A stretch of 64,000 nucleotides of DNA from Eledone cirrhosa (lineage: Eukaryota). The position numbers were made by a program, and so were the translations under genes. The notes under the pieces are model-generated. The model was not told the DNA's origin. It was given only the letters and a program-made list of their open reading frames with translations, and did no database searches. Of the stretch, positions 55,390 to 64,000 are shown piece by piece. Position 1 is the first letter of the stretch. Every line of letters begins with the position of its first letter. Location: positions 29,078,001 through 29,142,000 of the forward strand of contig OZ024754.1 in assembly GCA_964016885.1 (NCBI GenBank). Direction: 5' to 3'.

Positions 55390-55812
55390 AGGGCGGTGGA
55401 TTGGCAGTATCGGTAGAGGGTCGGGCGCCATGCATTGACGCATAGAGTTACGGCCCTTGCCATTCTGAGATCAAATCCCGCCGAGGTTAACTTTGCTTTT
55501 CATCCTTACGGGGGTCGATAAAATAAAGTACCAGTAATACACTGGGATAATTGCTGGCCTTGTGCCAAAAGTAGAAACAATTATTATTATTATTGTTGTT
55601 GTTGTTGTTGTTGTTGTTGATCTTAAATAAATTATAATTGTTTCTACTTTTGACACAAGGCCAGCAATTATCCCAGTACATTACTGGTACTTTATTTTAT
55701 CGACCCCGTAAGGATGAAAGGCAAAGTAAACCTCGGCGGGAATTGAACTCAGATCGTAAAGGGACGTAACTATGATGGAAAGCATATCCTACCCTCTACC
55801 GATACTGCCAAT
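55390..55812. mobile_element. Tail-to-tail inverted pair of SINEs
   Basis: 55390-55585(+) and 55635-55812(-), same family as 19655. Confidence 0.88.
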
Positions 55813-55945
55813 ATAAATTATAATATCTACAAAAAAGCTGTCTACTTCAGTTTCCTTAAGAACTTGTTAGTATAAAAACCGGTAGCAACGGTATGTATGT
55901 AGATTCATACACACACACATACACATTTATATATATAAATATATA

Positions 55946-55991
<46 letters not shown>

Positions 55992-56037
55992 TATACTTAC
56001 ATATAAATATGATCACAAACACGAACACACGTATACA

Positions 56038-56091
<54 letters not shown>

Positions 56092-56102
56092 TATGTATGT
56101 AA

Positions 56103-56151
<49 letters not shown>

Positions 56152-56555
56152 TTTATATAAATATATATGTATATAATTTATTAATTCATTTCGGCACGCG
56201 ATGTATACAAGAAAGATCACATTCTGGGTTGTCTGATGTATATTTCAATACCTAATCGAATATTTATATTAATATCTAGGAAATTAGAAGCGATATTAAC
56301 AGTGAAATATAGAGCAAAACTATAGCAAACATATTGATATACTTCGTAGCAAAATCTACTAAAGTATTGATTGGAAAATACTCAAGTATCGATCAAAGTT
56401 TTAATATCTTAACCAAAGTGAAGAAAGAAATATTCTGCGGCTGCCAATGAAGGTTGTGATCTCAGAATACGTAAAGAAACACAAGTCTGAAATGTTTTCG
56501 TAGCAAAGTAAATTATGTGTATATATTTAATCATATATATATATATATGTATTTA

Positions 56556-56625
<70 letters not shown>

Positions 56626-56830
56626 ATCATATATATATATATATGTATTTAATCATATATATATATATATATATATATTTAATCATATATATATATATAT
56701 TTAATCATATATATATATATATTTAATCATATATATATATTTAATCGTATATATATATATATATATGCGTGCGCGCGCGCGCGTGTGTGTGTGTATGTAT
56801 ATATACATATACATATATATATGTATATAC

Positions 56831-56900
<70 letters not shown>

Positions 56901-56957
56901 TATACGTATATTATTCAATATATTAATAAATGAAGACGTTTACATAATCAAAATATA

Positions 56958-57023
56958 TGTTTTATTATATATATTTCGGAGGTACTGTGCTTTTTTTTCA
57001 GAACGTCCTCATCAGATAAAATA
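56958..57023 (-). ncRNA. Type-I hammerhead ribozyme motif (family A)
   Basis: tattttat-CTGATGA-gga c gttctg...cagtac c tcc-GAAA-tatata-TA-ataaaaca. Confidence 0.83.
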
Positions 57024-57394
57024 CATGAATTGATGTATGACAGACCTCAACTTTCTTGATAGTTCAATTCCAGTATTGGCAGTGATTTATTACAACAAAT
57101 CTCAATATTTATATACCACAAATAATAACATGGTAAACTTAAATATGATGAAGAAGAGGATGTGGAGCGAGATATGGGTATAAGGAGGGGGTGAGTATGA
57201 GGAAATGCAAGAAGAAATAAATAAACATATAAATACATAAATATTTAAATGCGTAAATATTCGTGTTAGGGAAGAAAAAGAAAGAGAGAGAGATGGAAGA
57301 GAAGAAAGAAGAAGATATATACGTATACATAAAAAACTATATATATTACATATATATATATATATATATATGTATATATTTATATATATATGCA

Positions 57395-57439
<45 letters not shown>

Positions 57440-58683
57440 TTATTTATTTATATATGTATATATATATATATATGTTTGTGTGTGTGTGTGTATATAGTAC
57501 ACCATAATATCTTATATTGTTATAAACATATTTTGTTTAATAAAATAATATTTTTATGCCCAAGACTGAATACAAAGCAATTATCGTCTAGACGTTTGAA
57601 TAGGTGTTATATGTTGAGTTTTGAATGCCTCTGATATATTTTATTGCTTGATTTATGGGTGGAAGTATCTCTTTTCTATACTAACATCACAACGGCCTCC
57701 CTCTTTCTTCGATTTTCTCTTTTTTTACTAGATCCATTCATTTTACTAGAACCATTCATTTACACAAAGTTCTCTTTTCACTCTTGATAAATGTTGTGAG
57801 AAACTGTGATGTGGTTTATGGAAATATTCGTGGCGATGCTTCGAATACTTTTTTACAACCATTTTCTTTAAACTTCTTATATCCGCACAAACTGATATTA
57901 AACAACAAAGATATTATGTTTTAGAAATCTGTGCTGAATAATAAGTTTGTTTTATTTCAACGCTTTTCATATCAATGTTTTTTTTCTTTCTGTTATCTCA
58001 TGAATTGATTGAAATAAATTCATGCAAATGGAAACCTGTTATTATTATAAGCAGTGGAAGGTAGAATCAGTTGTACGGTGGACTGTATTTACGTCTCTTT
58101 ACAGTCTGCTTTCGAATCCTATCAAGGTAAACTACAAGACCAGTAATGTGGGTTGATATACCAAAACGACATCTTTATTTACAATGGCCGGCTGAAAAGG
58201 TGAAAGGCTGAATGGTTCATAGGGTGACCAAGATACTCTCATAGAATGATCAAATGAGTTTTATTTTTCAACATAATCCTTTATCGGGTTTGTATCTATC
58301 AGAAGGAAAACCATAATGTAGTATAACATCTATCGTTGTCTTATCACGTGTGTGAGTTGATGTTCTCGCTTTCACTCACTGTCTCTGTTTCTATCGCTCT
58401 CCCCATCTTTCACTATTATAAGCAAATGGGAGCTCACGCACTGGCCACCCCGCCGCCCCGGAAAGAAACAATACAGTTATTTATAAGAAGAGTTGAAACG
58501 AATTCATGCAAGATTTCATAGCTCTAGCATCGCTCCTTCAAAGTAAGCGTATGAACTTTACGGCCCACCCTTCTATATCACAGCAACATCAAAGTTCAAT
58601 ACCCAAAGATGGGCTGTGCTCTACCCACCTCGGTATCAACCATTCGCTCTCGTCGTCCTTCGGCTTCGCTGGGCTGGAAGCCC

Positions 58684-58798
<115 letters not shown>

Positions 58799-58814
58799 AT
58801 ATATATATATATAT

Positions 58815-60835
<2,021 letters not shown>

Positions 60836-60869
60836 TGAAGTTTCCGTTGAAAATTGAAAAAGTCATAGG

Positions 60870-61075
60870 AGTGAAGAGTGCTCTATGTAAGTACCAGAGC
60901 AAAATTTAATGTATAATAAACAATACAATATAATTACCTCATTACCAGAGGGTTCCCGAATAAGACGAATACGAAAGAAACGTCCTCATTCGTTCGTCGG
61001 ACAAGGCAATATCAAGTATTGATGGTAATTATATTATATTGTGGTAATTATATTGTATTGTTTATTATACATTAT
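60870..61075 (-). repeat. Degenerate hammerhead cassette related to 48200-48325
   Basis: Minus strand ttgccttgt-CCGACGA-a cgaat...attcg g-GAAC-cctctgg-TA-atgaggtaa; tail gctctggtacttacatagagcactct; short inverted copy at 61023-61075. Confidence 0.6.
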
Positions 61076-61099
61076 ATATATATATATATATATATATAT

Positions 61100-62383
61100 C
61101 ACCCCTCCCCCAAAAGTACACAGCCATAAACATTGCACACCAAGGACTAATGAAACATATAAAGCAGCACACAGATATCACAGAAAAAAACTACTACACC
61201 CAACCAACACCAATAACTCTCTCGACAAACATAAACATCATTGAAATCAAAATAGAACATTACAAACTTTTAAAACAAAAATTCCCCAACGCAGTTGGAG
61301 ACTTAAGAGGGTAGGTTACCAATAGGATATACACCGACATCCTCTTGGAAACACCCATGACTAGCCAAAGGGACGGTTCTACTGTCCCTTCACCACACGA
61401 TCAAGGTAAGTGATCCTTTCTCACTTACCCCGTTTCTCATCCAACATGGCCGTACTTAGAATAGGCAGTATAAATGTACGTGGCCTGGGGTCATCTTGGA
61501 AGGAGGGTCACTTGCTCAACGACCTCAGGTCACTAAACATAGATGTGGTGGCCATCAGCGAGACCAGAATCTCCGAAGCGCGAGCCTTCGCACCGATCTT
61601 CGGCGGCTACGATGTATACGCATCGCCCAGCCGTCCAGGATCTGTGGGAGTGGTTGCCGTGCTTTTTCGGAGGGGCTTGGATCTCGTCATACGGGCCATC
61701 TTCCTGGACCCAGAAGGTGAGTCGGTGGTGCTGGACGTGACCGGCAGCGAAGGCAATGCTTTCAGGCTAGTAGCCGTCTACCTCCAAGAGGGGCAGGACG
61801 GCCAGATTTCTTCAGACGTCTAGAGACCTTTCTTGGAACGTCCGGCTCGTTGGTGTTAGTGGGCGACTGGAACAGTATCTTAGATGCATGCTGGTATTAT
61901 GTGGGGCTAGTAGACAGGGCAGGAGGGTGTAAAAGCCTCAAAAACCTGCTCAGACGTTTTGAACTTTCTGACAGGTATAGAGTGGATTATCCGAATGTGC
62001 CAATGTGGACATGGGCAAACCGCATCGGGTCATCCAGATCGTATTTAGATAGGGTATTCTGTAGGGAAACAGATAAGGCTAGTGTAGGCTGTCCACAATT
62101 TAAAGTAGTCGACTACACGGACCACAAATTTGTGATCTGTGAAGTTGACTTAGATAGACTCCATAGGCAAGGGCCCGGCTACTGGAAGCTGAACGCGTCG
62201 TTTCCGGGGCGCAAAGCTTACAGAGAGCGGATTAGCGAATTAGTTAAGCGTGCGTTGACGGGTACGATCGTCAACAACAGGTGGTGGTTTACCCTGAAAA
62301 GGGCTATTAGAGTAGAATTGATAAGGTTTAGCAAAGGAGTAGTAATAGAGGAAAATAGAGTAGAGGGAGAGTTAGTTAGAAAG
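61100..62383 (+). mobile_element. Second Tx1/L1-clade copy (inter-ORF region + APE domain), truncated
   Basis: Peptides LRIGSINVRGLGSSWK, GDWN and GPGYWKLN are closely similar to 51844-52760. Confidence 0.92.
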
Positions 62384-63850
62384 CTTTGTGGAACATGTTG
62401 TAGATAGTCAATAGCTTCCTAGTCTTCCTATCCATTTCTTTTTGTTCAGCAACATTCCATTTCAAAATTCCCACACTGTACCTAATAATAGACACAGCTC
62501 GGGAATTCACTGCTCTTATGACATTCCTACTATTTATATGTGATTTTAATACGCTCCTTACTCTCCTTATGTACTCAGATCTTATCAATTCCTTCATTTT
62601 TTTGTTCTTGATGTCATCTGCCTCCAGAAAACCTAAATATTTTTATCCCTCTTCAGTGTAAATTTCCTTTATCATCTCACCTGTTGGTACCCGGATTCCG
62701 TTGCTTCTTCATCACTAGGACTCCACACTTATTGATACCAAATTCCATACATATGTCATTGCTGAAAATACGGACAGTGTCAACAAGTACAACCGACTCC
62801 TCACTCTTCCCAAAGAGTTTAAGATCGTCCATGAAGAGGGAGTGGTTGCTAGTAATCTCTCATCTTCCCAGCTTGTATCCTGTTCTCACTTTTTGCAATG
62901 TAACGGACAGTGGTATCAGGGTAAGGACAAACAACAAAGCAAACAAACTATCTCCCTGGAAGATACCTCTCTTGATCTTCACGTCTTCCAAGGATTCTCC
63001 ACCTGATGTTAGCTCTGTTTCCCAGGACTTCATACTTTTACTTAATAGCTGTCTGATGTTTCTACCACCTTGAAGATATCTAGGCTTTTGGTTATCCAAG
63101 AATGAGGTACCATGTCGAATGCCTTTTTGTAATCTATCCATCCCATGGCAAGACCAATATGCCTCCTCTTGCAATTCCTCATTACCATCTTATCAATAAG
63201 TAACCGGTCTTTTGTTCCACGGAACTTATTCCGGCGTCTTTTCTGTTTGTCCGGCAATAAGTTGTTTATGTGGAGGTAATAGTAGATTTCCTCAGACACA
63301 ATGCTTGTTAACAGTTTCCACATTACGGATAGACATGTGATAGGCCTATAGTTGGTAACATCATTGTCCTTGATTCGGTCTTTCATTACCAGAACTGTGG
63401 TACCTTTTGTCAACCACTCTGGTACTTCACCCGACATCAAGCAGTCATTAAACATGGTTGTCAGTTTTGGGTGGAGGGATGTTATATTTTTTATCTAATA
63501 CTCTTGCACACCATCTGGGCCTGGTTATTTCCAGTTGGTTATTTTTTTGGACTGCCCTTCAAGAGTTTCAACTGTAATATTCAAATCAGGTAGTTGGTGT
63601 GCTTGTTCACTAATCTCCTTTTGAACTGTCTCAATCCACACTACCTGACTATTATGTTCAACATCCTGCTCCCATATTTTTCTCCAGAATGTCTTAGTCT
63701 GTTCAGTCTCAGGGATCACGTCGTTACCTCTTTCTTTCCCTTCAAGCTGTTCAAACAACATCTTCTGGTTGTTGTCAAACATGCGGTTCTGTCTATACTG
63801 ACTGACTCTGTTCTCATACCGCCTAATCTTTGCACTTTTTGCTACAAAAA
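62384..63850 (-). mobile_element. R4/Dong-like non-LTR retrotransposon RT fragment
   Basis: Peptides VPEWLTKG, NYRPITCL, RGTKDRLLIDK, WIDYKKAFDMVPHSWI and IKRGIFQGDSL, with frameshifts. Confidence 0.85.
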
Positions 63851-63889
63851 AAAAAGTGCAAAGATTATGTGCAATTATTATTATGATTA

Positions 63890-63995
63890 TGCCGAGGTTA
63901 ACTTTGCCTTCCATCCTTACGGGGTCGATAAAATAAAGTACCAGTAATTCACTGGGTAATTGCTGGCCTTGTGCCTAACGTAGAAACAATTATTA
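63890..63995 (+). mobile_element. 5'-truncated SINE
   Basis: Core and tail of the 19655 family. Confidence 0.85.
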
Positions 63996-64000
63996 TGATT

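Overview
This is eukaryotic, AT-rich and repeat-dominated DNA; the microsatellite load and SINE/LINE content suggest an octopus or other cephalopod (inference). The only host gene visible is the 3' end of a MON2 homologue: three + strand exons at 4760-4961, 18435-18517 and 23676-23836, with compatible splice phases. The remainder is mobile DNA: decayed RTE, CR1-like, R4/Dong-like and Tx1/L1 LINEs, an internally deleted Gypsy-type LTR element, a fold-back element, many tRNA-derived SINEs and long (TA)n arrays. Most entries in the ORF track are microsatellite artefacts. The main unexpected signal is about 20 intact or degenerate type-I hammerhead ribozyme motifs (stem I-CUGANGA-stem II-GAAA-palindromic stem III-UH-stem I). 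They fall into several families, show stem covariation between copies, and nearly all lie in fold-back cassettes abutting (TA)n tracts. Some are attached to Penelope-like RT/GIY-YIG remnants. One family forms an apparently non-coding ~547-551 bp tandem array with one ribozyme per unit and an inverted leading copy (58815-60696), which is retrozyme-like and could yield circular RNA. All structures were paired by eye and none has been tested for activity.
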